From contig CAKVHV010000001.1 in the NCBI GenBank assembly GCA_934754475.1, forward strand, positions 420,228 to 484,227: a DNA stretch of 64,000 bases. Direction: 5' to 3'. The DNA is from an uncultured Clostridia bacterium. Its GTDB lineage: Bacteria; Bacillota; Clostridia; Christensenellales; UBA1242. Made by a program: the position numbers and the translations under genes. Every line of letters begins with the position of its first letter. Position 1 is the first letter of the stretch. Below, piece by piece: positions 31,587 to 39,369 of the stretch. Below the pieces are notes generated by a model that saw only the letters and a program-made list of their open reading frames with translations, did not search any database and was not told where the DNA came from.

Positions 31587-31736
31587 TATTTTTGGGTGGC
31601 GGAATTGTAAGTTTATCGTTTAGACATATAGTCAACTACTTTGAATAGTTGAAATTTATATTCCCTAGCCAAACTCAATTTATTCCGACACTATCCAGCA
31701 CTACATAGATTTAAGTGTAAGATAATTATTAAACTT

Positions 31737-31782
31737 ACGTGCATATACACACATAGCCCGTGTACACATACACGCACGCATG
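31737..31782. other. Two alternating purine-pyrimidine tracts (18 and 22 bp), Z-DNA-prone
   Basis: acgtgcatatacacacat (31737-31754) and tgtacacatacacgcacgcatg (31761-31782) alternate R/Y strictly. A TA-alternating stretch follows at about 31797-31822. Confidence 0.5.
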
Positions 31783-31872
31783 AAAGTAAATTTTTCCATA
31801 TATAATTATATATAATATAATTAAGCCCGTCAAACAAAAATCGACAAAAACTTTTGAAAAACTATTAAATTT

Positions 31873-31909
31873 AAAAAAAACCTAAACTTGGGTACAAACT
31901 AAATTTAGG
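31873..31909 (-). terminator. Rho-independent terminator downstream of rnhA
   Basis: On the minus strand, a cctaaattt/aagtttagg stem (one G-U) is followed by T8 (plus-strand A-run 31873-31880). Confidence 0.6.
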
Positions 31910-31920
31910 CGTGTAATATA

Positions 31921-31996
31921 CTTTAAAAACTTCCCAAAGTCAAGAAGTTTTCAATGTGTATTTTGAAAACTTTGTCAAAATGGGAAGTTTTTAAAG
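31921..31996. repeat. 76-nt AT-rich hairpin / inverted repeat with perfect 16-bp outer arms
   Basis: ctttaaaaacttccca (31921-36) is the exact reverse complement of tgggaagtttttaaag (31981-96). A second inner 10-bp pair is aagttttcaa (31945-54) / ttgaaaactt (31963-72). Confidence 0.7.
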
Positions 31997-32051
31997 TGAA
32001 AATGCTAATTTTTTTTGAATTTATAAATTAGATAAGACCTTGTGAAACGTG

Positions 32052-32504
32052 TCAGTTATCCGAGTGCTTTGCAATTTCGCCCGTTGCGAGTTTGTCGCAA
32101 CGATTGTTGTATACATTATCCGCATGACCTTTGACTTTGTGCCAAGTAACTTTGTGTGGACGTATGAGTTCAAGTAATTCCTGCCAAAGCTCAACATTTT
32201 GGACTGGTTTTTTGCCGGCAGTACGCCAATTATTCTTTGTCCAATTTTCTATCCAGCCTTCCAAAAAAGCATTGACGGTGTAAGCACTATCCGAATAAAT
32301 GTCTATTTCAACGGGTTCTTTGAGCATTTTGAGACCCATAATAACTGCTGTCAATTCCATGCGGTTATTTGTAGTATTTTCGGCAAAACCGCTATATTCT
32401 TTTTCTATCCCCTTGTATATGAGAATCCCACCATATCCGCCTTTCCCGGGATTTCCGCTACAAGCGCCATCAGTATAAAGTTCGACTTTTTTGAGTTCTG
32501 CCAT
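32052..32504 (-). CDS. rnhA: Ribonuclease HI
   Basis: 150 aa. Catalytic-core motifs LYTDGACSGNPG, NNRMELTAVIMGL, IYSDSAYTVN and WHKVKGHADNVYNNRCDKLA. GGAG RBS. Confidence 0.9.
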   Translation of the reverse strand: MAELKKVELYTDGACSGNPGKGGYGGILIYKGIEKEYSGFAENTTNNRMELTAVIMGLKMLKEPVEIDIYSDSAYTVNAFLEGWIENWTKNNWRTAGKKPVQNVELWQELLELIRPHKVTWHKVKGHADNVYNNRCDKLATGEIAKHSDN

Positions 32505-32525
32505 TTCTCACTCCGATTTTATTTT

Positions 32526-32543
32526 TTAACATATATATGTTAA
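32526..32543. promoter_or_regulatory. Perfect 18-bp palindrome upstream of rnhA (operator-like)
   Basis: ttaacatatatatgttaa is fully self-complementary and lies 22 bp upstream of the rnhA ATG. Confidence 0.35.
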
Positions 32544-32596
32544 CAAAAAACAATTTTGTTGGCAAGAAAATTTTTGGCGAAAATTTGGATTATTGC

Positions 32597-32626
32597 TTGA
32601 CAATAATGTTTAAATTGTTATACAAT
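32597..32626 (+). promoter_or_regulatory. Sigma-A-type promoter of tRNA-Trp
   Basis: TTGACA (32597-32602), 18 nt, TACAAT (32621-32626). The tRNA starts at 32645. Confidence 0.55.
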
Positions 32627-32644
32627 AGCATTGTTATTTTATTT

Positions 32645-32719
32645 AGGGGTGTGGCTCAATGGTAGAGTAGCGGTCTCCAAAACCGTAGGTTGTGGGTTCG
32701 AGTCCTACCACCCCTGCCA
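32645..32719 (+). tRNA. tRNA-Trp (anticodon CCA), CCA end encoded
   Basis: AGGGGTG acceptor pairs with CACCCCT. Anticodon loop CTCCAAA. T-arm GTGGG-TTCGAGT-CCTAC. Terminal GCCA. Confidence 0.92.
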
Positions 32720-32896
32720 AAACATTCAAATAAATTTATTTTTTGCCAAGGGTGGTAGGAAGTATGCTTTGCATACCCAACAAAAACCCTTGGTTTTTTG
32801 TTGCTCGAACCGGTGACGTTCGCTTATTTGTGCTAGCACACGCTCACTAATTTGATTACTTCGTAATCTGCACCGCGTCGCAACCACCCCTGCCAA
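32720..32896 (+). other. 177-bp G+C-enriched tRNA-Trp trailer bounded by a 14-bp direct repeat of the tRNA 3' end; contains an antisense copy of the tRNA 3' strand and nested hairpins
   Basis: accacccctgccaa occurs at 32707-32720 and again at 32883-32896. gggtggtagga (32750-60) is the reverse complement of tRNA nt 32703-13. There is a ccaaggg..cccttgg stem plus T6, with an inner gtatgc-ttt-gcatac hairpin. Confidence 0.5.
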
Positions 32897-32942
32897 GTAA
32901 ACAAAAAGAAAGTCTTATTTTGAGACTTTCTTTTTTGTTTAC
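32897..32942. terminator. Bidirectional rho-independent terminator between the tRNA-Trp unit and rny
   Basis: Long inverted repeat gtaaacaaaaagaaagtct / agactttcttttttgtttac, with A/T runs on both sides. Confidence 0.8.
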
Positions 32943-33010
32943 AATGATATTTCCTAACGGAAATGATATTCGTTTCACGAATGATATTTTGCTATTTTAA
33001 CCCCAAAGGT

Positions 33011-34600
33011 TTATTTTGCATAGTCAACGTTACGAGTTTCTCTAATGACATTAACCTTAATTTGACCTGGATATTCCATTTCTTTTTCAATCTTTTGAGC
33101 AATATCTTTAGCCATAAACAAAGCTTGTTCATCGGTTACTTCGTTCGGTTTAACAATAATTCTAATTTCTCTACCGGCTTGGATAGCATAACTTGTATCT
33201 ACACCCTTGAAACTATTTGCAATTTCTTCGAGTTGAGTTAGACGTTTGATATATGCTTCCAAAGTCTCACGTCTTGCACCTGGCCTACTACTACTGATTG
33301 CATCGGCAGTTTGAACAAGTATTGCTTCCAAACTTTCAAACTCAACATTTCCGTGGTGAGCAGCGATACAATGGATAACTTCCTTGCTTTCTTTGTATTT
33401 TGTAGCCAAATCTACACCGATTGTAACGTGTGTTCCTTCGGTTTCGTGGTCAATTGCCTTGCCAATATCGTGGAGCAAACCACCCCTTTTGGCGATTTGA
33501 ACATTAGCACCAACTTCGGCAGCAAGAAGTCCAGCCAAATAACATACTTCCAAACTATGTTTAAGTACGTTTTGACCATAACTTGTACGATATTTAAGTC
33601 TACCAAGAAGTTTGATAAGTTCAGGGTGCATACCATGAATACCCGCATCAAAAACAGCGGCTTCGCCTTCTTCCTTGATAGTATTTTCTATATCTTTGGT
33701 TACTTTATCCACCATTTCTTCGATTCTAGCTGGATGAATACGTCCATCTAATATGAGTTTTTCAAGAGAAATTCTCGCAATTTCCCTTCTAACTGGGTCA
33801 AACGAAGATAGAACAACTGCTTCGGGAGTATCGTCGATAATCAAATCAACCCCAGTTGCAGCTTCCAAGGCACGAATATTACGACCTTCTCTACCAATAA
33901 TTCTACCCTTAACTTCATCATTAGGAAGTGGAACTGTCGAAACAGTTACTTCGCTAGTATGGTCAACAGCAGTTTTTTGAATAGCAAGTGTAACAATTTC
34001 CTTAGCCTTTTTGTTTGCTTCGTCTTTTGCTTGGTTTTCTATATTTCTAACAAGGATTGCTGCATCTTTTTTTGCATCTTCTTCGTATTTAGAAATAAGT
34101 TCCTTTTTTGCTTCTTCTTTTGTTAGTTTTGATATTCTCTCAAGTTCTTTGGTCATTTTTTCGGTTATTGCATTTTGTTCGTCTTGAGATTTTTTGAGCA
34201 TCGCTTCTTTTTCCGCCAAATCTTCTTTAATCTTTTCGATTTGGTCGTTTTTCTTTTCGATTAACTCTTCTTTTTTGTCCAAAAATTCTTCTCTTTGGTT
34301 AATTCTGTTTTCTGCTTTTTGCATTTCTGCACGACGAGTTTTGAGTTCTTGGTCACATTCGCTTGTTAGTCTAAAGGCTTCTTCTTTTGCTTCCAAAACC
34401 GCTTCTTTTTTTAGGTTTTTGGCTTCAGCCTTTGCTTCTTCTAACAAACTTTTTGCACTGGTTTTATCTTTTTCAGCCTTGTCTTTTTGCACTTTTCTTA
34501 GCACAAAGAATGTACTAGGAGTAGCAACAGCAAGTCCAATCAAAACACCAATTAGACCAGTAACCCAACCCGACATAAGCATCATACTTATGTTTAACAT
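33011..34600 (-). CDS. rny: Ribonuclease Y
   Basis: N-terminal TM helix, long K/E-rich coiled coil, KH domain ([26 protein letters not shown]), HD domain (GLLHDIGKA). AAAGGAG RBS. Confidence 0.95.
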   Translation of the reverse strand: MLNISMMLMSGWVTGLIGVLIGLAVATPSTFFVLRKVQKDKAEKDKTSAKSLLEEAKAEAKNLKKEAVLEAKEEAFRLTSECDQELKTRRAEMQKAENRINQREEFLDKKEELIEKKNDQIEKIKEDLAEKEAMLKKSQDEQNAITEKMTKELERISKLTKEEAKKELISKYEEDAKKDAAILVRNIENQAKDEANKKAKEIVTLAIQKTAVDHTSEVTVSTVPLPNDEVKGRIIGREGRNIRALEAATGVDLIIDDTPEAVVLSSFDPVRREIARISLEKLILDGRIHPARIEEMVDKVTKDIENTIKEEGEAAVFDAGIHGMHPELIKLLGRLKYRTSYGQNVLKHSLEVCYLAGLLAAEVGANVQIAKRGGLLHDIGKAIDHETEGTHVTIGVDLATKYKESKEVIHCIAAHHGNVEFESLEAILVQTADAISSSRPGARRETLEAYIKRLTQLEEIANSFKGVDTSYAIQAGREIRIIVKPNEVTDEQALFMAKDIAQKIEKEMEYPGQIKVNVIRETRNVDYAK

Positions 34601-34697
34601 TTAGGTTACTCCTTTCATAAAAAATATAATCTTATATAATATTAAAGTTGTGCAAAACGAAAATTGCACACACTACTGATTGTATTATACGATTTTG

Positions 34698-34726
34698 ATT
34701 ATATACCAAATTTAGTCTTTGGTCAA
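34698..34726 (-). promoter_or_regulatory. Near-consensus sigma-A promoter of rny
   Basis: Minus strand reads TTGACC (34721-26), exactly 17 nt, TATAAT (34698-34703), about 95 nt upstream of the rny ATG. Confidence 0.7.
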
Positions 34727-34788
34727 ACTATTTTGAAATGTAATTTTCAAAATCTACAAGTATTTTGTCATAAACTTTTTTCAAGTAA

Positions 34789-34812
34789 CAAAAAAACCGC
34801 CAATTTAGGCGG
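34789..34812 (-). terminator. Rho-independent terminator closing the thiI / structured-element transcript
   Basis: Minus strand reads ccgcc-taaatt-ggcgg followed by T7-8. Confidence 0.7.
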
Positions 34813-34925
34813 AAATTTTGAAAATATCTATTATTAATTTATAAAATACATATATAAACAAACCAAATTATTAAAAATTTTGTCTGAAAGCGACGAAGTC
34901 ATTTTCAAGCAAAACTGATGTTTAT

Positions 34926-34982
34926 TCAATCTATGTGACCACGATTTTATCGTGGCATTTGCGGTAGCAAATTGGTTTGTGA
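34926..34982. repeat. 57-bp direct repeat, copy 1
   Basis: ttcaatctatgtGaccacgattttatcgtggcatttgcggtagcaaattggtttgtga; differs from copy 2 at one position. Confidence 0.85.
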
Positions 34983-35075
34983 GCAAGGTTAACACACAAT
35001 ATCACATGGATTATAATCTAGGAAGATTAAGCAAAGTAGTCCGCAAGGACACCTTGATTTAATCTGACGACGTTT

Positions 35076-35132
35076 TCAATCTATGTAACCACGATTTTAT
35101 CGTGGCATTTGCGGTAGCAAATTGGTTTGTGA
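35076..35132. repeat. 57-bp direct repeat, copy 2 (150-bp period)
   Basis: ttcaatctatgtAaccacgattttatcgtggcatttgcggtagcaaattggtttgtga. Confidence 0.85.
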
Positions 35133-35161
35133 ATGCAATGAACAAACCAACATTACATAGA

Positions 35162-36370
35162 TTAAATTTCAACAACTTCGATATTTTCCATTGCTTCACT
35201 AATAAGGGCTTCAATATCCAGTTTACTCTCTTCTTTCAAGCATTTTTCAAGTTTTGGTTTGATTACTGGATGCTTTGGCAAGAATACTGTACAACAATCT
35301 TCGTATGGAAGAATTGATGTCTCAAAAGTTCCAATTTTTTGAGCAACCCTAGAAATATCTTCTTTGTCAAACGAAATAAGTGGTCTAAAGATAGGAAGGT
35401 CATTAACGACTGCATTTGTAACAGTCATGCTTTCAACCGTCTGACTAGCGACTTGACCCAAGTTCTCACCAGTTATAATCGACTGATAATTATTTTGTTT
35501 AGCCAAACGTTCAGCAATTCTATACATAATTCTACGCATAAGAGTTATCATAAAGTCCCCGTCACAAAACTTGTGAATACTCTCTTGAATATGAGTAAAG
35601 GAAACGATATGTAGTTTGAAACCACCAGTGTATTTTTTCATGATTTTAGCAAGCTCAATAACCTTATCTTTTGCATTTTGACTAGTATAAGGATAACTAT
35701 GGAAATGCAAAGCATTAATAGTCATACCACGTCTAGCCATCATATAACCAGCTACTGGACTATCTATACCGCCCGACAAAAGCAACAATCCACTACCGCT
35801 AGTTCCAACCGGCATACCACCAGACATTTCGATAACATCAGTGTAAACAAGAGTGTATCCACTCTCTCTAATGTCAACATAAATAGTCACTTCGGGATTA
35901 TGCAAATCAACTTTTAAACTTGGATTGTTTTTGAGTACCAACCCGCCAAGAGATTTTGAGTAATCAATTGATGTCATTGGAAATCTTTTGTCAGCACGAT
36001 TTACAGTTACTCTAAATGTATTACACTTCAATTTGAGTGAAGCAACATAATCATCAATAGCCTTTAAATCAGTATCAAGCATAACAGCAACACTGATAGA
36101 ACATATACCAAAAACAGTCTTTAAGATTTCAATAATTTTCTTTTCTTTTTTCTCTTCAAAATTCTCAACCAAAAATCTTTTGTTTGTTCTTTTTACTTCA
36201 GCCAAACCTTCTAATTTTTCGGAGATATTACTAAGCAATTTCTTTTCAAAAAATCCAAAATTTTTTCCTTTCAAAAATATCTCACTATACCTAACAACTA
36301 TTACTTTTTTTAAGTCTTCCATACGTATATCCTTTTTTAATTTCATTCGTTTTACTAAATCATTTTTCAT
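35162..36370 (-). CDS. thiI: tRNA 4-thiouridine(8) synthase ThiI
   Basis: THUMP-type N-terminal half and PP-loop SGGIDSPVAGYMMARRG. The likely true start is the ATG at 36322 (MEDLKKVIVVRYSEIFLKGKN), which has AAGGA 8 nt upstream; the track start at 36370 is probably an extension. Confidence 0.9.
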   Translation of the reverse strand: MKNDLVKRMKLKKDIRMEDLKKVIVVRYSEIFLKGKNFGFFEKKLLSNISEKLEGLAEVKRTNKRFLVENFEEKKEKKIIEILKTVFGICSISVAVMLDTDLKAIDDYVASLKLKCNTFRVTVNRADKRFPMTSIDYSKSLGGLVLKNNPSLKVDLHNPEVTIYVDIRESGYTLVYTDVIEMSGGMPVGTSGSGLLLLSGGIDSPVAGYMMARRGMTINALHFHSYPYTSQNAKDKVIELAKIMKKYTGGFKLHIVSFTHIQESIHKFCDGDFMITLMRRIMYRIAERLAKQNNYQSIITGENLGQVASQTVESMTVTNAVVNDLPIFRPLISFDKEDISRVAQKIGTFETSILPYEDCCTVFLPKHPVIKPKLEKCLKEESKLDIEALISEAMENIEVVEI

Positions 36371-36602
36371 TCGTCTTATAAAATCATTCTTTGCAAAATG
36401 ACAACTTAAATTCTTTTGCTACGAATTTTCTATTGCAAAAAAATTTATACAAAAATTATCGTTTTTTTAATAAATAATTTTCAGTGTATCACACGTCACT
36501 TATTGACAGAAACATCTATATTATTGTCACAAAATACTATCATATTCACCAAAAGTACACAAATAAATGACAATTTTAAAAATAAAATTACAACTCAATT
36601 AT

Positions 36603-37769
36603 TTATTGTTTAACATCGTATTTTAAATAAGTATTAACACGCTCAGTTAATTTTTCAACTAAATACTCAACTTCTTCCGGGATATTATATAGACCAAAAC
36701 TTATTCGCAAATTGCCTTCGATTTCAGACTTTGGAACACCCATATTTTCAAGCACTCTATTACCACTTTTTTTGGCTGAGCATGCCGAACCATTACCAAC
36801 ATAAATGTTATCAAAATCACTAAGCATATTTAGCAGTGTTTCAGCTCTACATTTATCAAAACTAACCGACACAATATATGGCGAATTATCTTCGAATGAA
36901 TGTAAAGTATATTTCAAATTTGTTTGACTAAGTTTATCCAAAAACAACTTTTTAAGACTCATAATTTTTTTGTAATTAGTTTCAAGATTACTTGTTACAA
37001 TTTGACTAGCACGATACAACGTATAAATACCAAGCATGTTTTCCGTTCCACTTCGCAAACCAGATTCTTGACCACCACCAAAAATTATTGGCTTAAGAGA
37101 AATTGTATTTTTAAGATACAAAGCACCGACACCTTTGCTTCCATAAATCTTGTGAGCGGATATAGTATACATATCCACTCCTAAGTCGTCAACATCAACA
37201 TCAATTTTTCCAAAGGCTTGAACACCGTCACAATGGAATATAACTTTGGGATTAACCGACTTTGCAATCTCAACTAGACTTGGAATATCGTTAATAGCAC
37301 CAGTTTCGTTGCTTACATGCATAATTGATACCAAGTCAACATCGGAAGTCATCTTACTTTCAAAATCTTCAATATCAACCTTGCCTGTCTTATCAAGATT
37401 TACAAACTCAACATTGTATCCCCGATTTTTCAATTCCAATGCGGAATTATATACACTAGGATGTTCACCCATAGATACAAGAATTTTTCTAGTATTCTTT
37501 TTGACCGACCCAAAGAGTGCTAGATTGCTAGCTTCTGTTGCCGACCCAGTAAAGATAAGTTTTCCGTTTTCACCACCCAAGCACTCAAGCAAACTCTTAC
37601 GCATTTTTTCTAGTGTTGGTTTATTGCTATCGTCCTTTCTGTATAGATTATTATACAAAGCACTTGGATTTAAATAATAATTATTATTAAAGTAGGACAA
37701 CTCATCCACTATCTCAGGCATTATCTTAGTTGTGCTAGCATTATCAAAAAATACAGTATCAAAAGTCAT
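36603..37769 (-). CDS. iscS: Cysteine desulfurase (class V aminotransferase, NifS/NifZ/IscS-like), partner of ThiI
   Basis: PLP-lysine context SAHKIYGSKGVGALY. Active-site Cys loop GNGSACSAK. HVSNETG motif. Adjacent to thiI, like the nifZ-thiI pair in Bacillus. Confidence 0.85.
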   Translation of the reverse strand: MTFDTVFFDNASTTKIMPEIVDELSYFNNNYYLNPSALYNNLYRKDDSNKPTLEKMRKSLLECLGGENGKLIFTGSATEASNLALFGSVKKNTRKILVSMGEHPSVYNSALELKNRGYNVEFVNLDKTGKVDIEDFESKMTSDVDLVSIMHVSNETGAINDIPSLVEIAKSVNPKVIFHCDGVQAFGKIDVDVDDLGVDMYTISAHKIYGSKGVGALYLKNTISLKPIIFGGGQESGLRSGTENMLGIYTLYRASQIVTSNLETNYKKIMSLKKLFLDKLSQTNLKYTLHSFEDNSPYIVSVSFDKCRAETLLNMLSDFDNIYVGNGSACSAKKSGNRVLENMGVPKSEIEGNLRISFGLYNIPEEVEYLVEKLTERVNTYLKYDVKQ

Positions 37770-38005
37770 ACTTATCTCCTAAACTAATTTTACTATCAGT
37801 TTAGTCTACCACAAAATGCCAAAAAATTCAATATTTTATGCTTATGTTTAATAATAAATTATTTATCAAATATAAGCACACTTAAACATTTTTACAAATA
37901 ATCATTAGTCAAAACATTTATGCAATCACACAAACAAAAATTAATTAAATATTCATACAATAGGACTTTAAGTACACAAAAATATTTTTTGTATAAAAAT
38001 ACATA

Positions 38006-38686
38006 TTAGTACGGAACAAAGTTAAGCAAAGTATCCAAAGTATCCGAATACAAATAAACTTCTGGAACTTGTCCAACAATAACACTTTCGCTAATCAGAA
38101 CTTCTTGTTCTGCAGAAAAACTACGACTACTTAGTGGCATTACAACACCGACGTTCGCCCTAATATTGACATAGATTTTATGTATAGTTTGGTTGATACC
38201 AGCCGACTCAAAGTGAGACACAAACTTACACATAACACTTCCAATTGGAGTCATTCTGACATTCACCCTAGGACCACGACCCACAAGCAAAGGAATGCCC
38301 GTAAAAGTTCCTAGCGGAATTGCCACACCACTCTTACCATAGTCTTGTATTCGTGCTTCACACGTTTGCGCCAAATCTTTGCTTAAGTTGTTAATTTCCA
38401 AAGAATTGGCTTGAATCATGCTAATATTTCCAAACTCGTCGCTTATAATATTGACCAAATCATCATAGACTATCGAATTCATTACAACATCGGCAATAGA
38501 ACTATTCATCGCTCTTGTTGCTAGTGCCTTAGATTTAAGTTCGACAGTATCCATTATAACCGGATTAATCATATATGCAAAAATTACAAAAATAAAAGCA
38601 ATTATACTAAAAATCACTAATATTTTTGTAACTTTCTTTTTACTTAATTTTAAAATTTTATTTATATTAACAAAAAAATTTTTCAC
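38006..38686 (-). CDS. yunB: Sporulation protein YunB
   Basis: N-terminal TM, then YunB-like segments IPLGTFTGIPLLVGRGPRVNVRMTPIGSV, FESAGINQTIHKIYVNI and VLISESVIVGQVPEVY. It starts with GTG and has no clear Shine-Dalgarno, so the start is uncertain. Confidence 0.65.
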   Translation of the reverse strand: MKNFFVNINKILKLSKKKVTKILVIFSIIAFIFVIFAYMINPVIMDTVELKSKALATRAMNSSIADVVMNSIVYDDLVNIISDEFGNISMIQANSLEINNLSKDLAQTCEARIQDYGKSGVAIPLGTFTGIPLLVGRGPRVNVRMTPIGSVMCKFVSHFESAGINQTIHKIYVNIRANVGVVMPLSSRSFSAEQEVLISESVIVGQVPEVYLYSDTLDTLLNFVPY

Positions 38687-38991
38687 ATAACATTATATGC
38701 CTAAGTCGCCTTAAATTATGTTATTGTAGCACACAAATTAATTAACTAATTTTGAAAGAATTATTAAATCTAAGACAAAAAACCGAAGCACTAAAACTAG
38801 CATCATTAATTTTAAAATTATTTTCGCCTTAAATTATTTAGCAAAACCAAAACGTCTCAATTTCACCATAAACAAATATCATGAATAAATATTTATATTT
38901 GTAAATAAATATTAAAATTAATAATTTTTTAGTGAAAATACAATTTTGTATAAATATTTAATTTTATAAATAATTATAATATCTACAAAAA

Positions 38992-39357
38992 TTAATATTT
39001 TTTAGTTCTACTACTAAATATTAATGCAAAGATGTATGCAAATATAACTGCTGCCGTTATACCCCCTGCTGTTGCTGTCAACCCACCAGTCAAAACTCCT
39101 AGAAATCCTTTTTCTTTGATACTTTCAATTGCGCCCTTGGCAAGGCTTCGACCAAATCCCGTAATCGGCACAGTCGCACCAGCAGAAGCGAAATTTACAA
39201 TTGGGTCATACAGTCCAAACGCTTCCATAACCGCCCCGATACAGACAAACAAAACCAAAATTCTCGAACTCGTCATATTGGTTTTGATTATGAGTATTTG
39301 ACCAAGCATACATATAAATCCACCAACCAAAAAAACTTTTAAATAAGTTAAAAACAT
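38992..39357 (-). CDS. spoVAE: Stage V sporulation protein AE (SpoVAEB-type)
   Basis: 121-aa membrane protein (LVGGFICMLGQILI..PITGFGRSLAKGA) at the last position of a spoVAC-AD-AE cluster. Confidence 0.85.
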   Translation of the reverse strand: MFLTYLKVFLVGGFICMLGQILIIKTNMTSSRILVLFVCIGAVMEAFGLYDPIVNFASAGATVPITGFGRSLAKGAIESIKEKGFLGVLTGGLTATAGGITAAVIFAYIFALIFSSRTKKY

Positions 39358-39369
39358 AAATTTACCCCA

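Larger units (their letters stand above)
34813..35163. ncRNA. Candidate structured RNA region: two cloverleaf-like units plus a GCAA-tetraloop hairpin (strand unresolved, family unknown)
   Basis: See the two 57-bp repeats. Unit 2 folds as P1 aatctatgtaa/ttacatagatt (35078-88 / 35153-63) enclosing three hairpins. gtcc-gcaa-ggac lies inside an agattaa/ttaatct stem between the units. Confidence 0.35.

Noticed and set aside
31701-31781. 26-codon Cys-rich micro-ORF (MRACMCTRAMCVYARKFNNYLTLKSM) on the minus strand upstream of the giant gene.
   Set aside because: It has no convincing Shine-Dalgarno. The Cys/Arg/Met-rich peptide is the automatic translation of the alternating CA/CG/TG tract, which is the more economical explanation.
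32631-32816. 61-aa plus-strand ORF.
   Set aside because: It is simply the translation across tRNA-Trp and its trailer. The tRNA cloverleaf explains the sequence.
4352-32896. Giant gene plus rnhA as a genomic island integrated at tRNA-Trp.
   Set aside because: Islands integrate on the 3' side of the tRNA, but the giant gene lies on the 5' side. There is no integrase or other mobility gene. Hand counts of sample lines give similar G+C for the giant gene and for housekeeping genes such as ppdK.
34926-35132. Possible mini-CRISPR array (two direct repeats with a spacer).
   Set aside because: There are only two copies. The repeat is 57 bp, too long for a CRISPR repeat, and the spacer is 93 bp. 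No cas genes are in the window. The internal multi-hairpin structure fits an RNA or MITE interpretation better.
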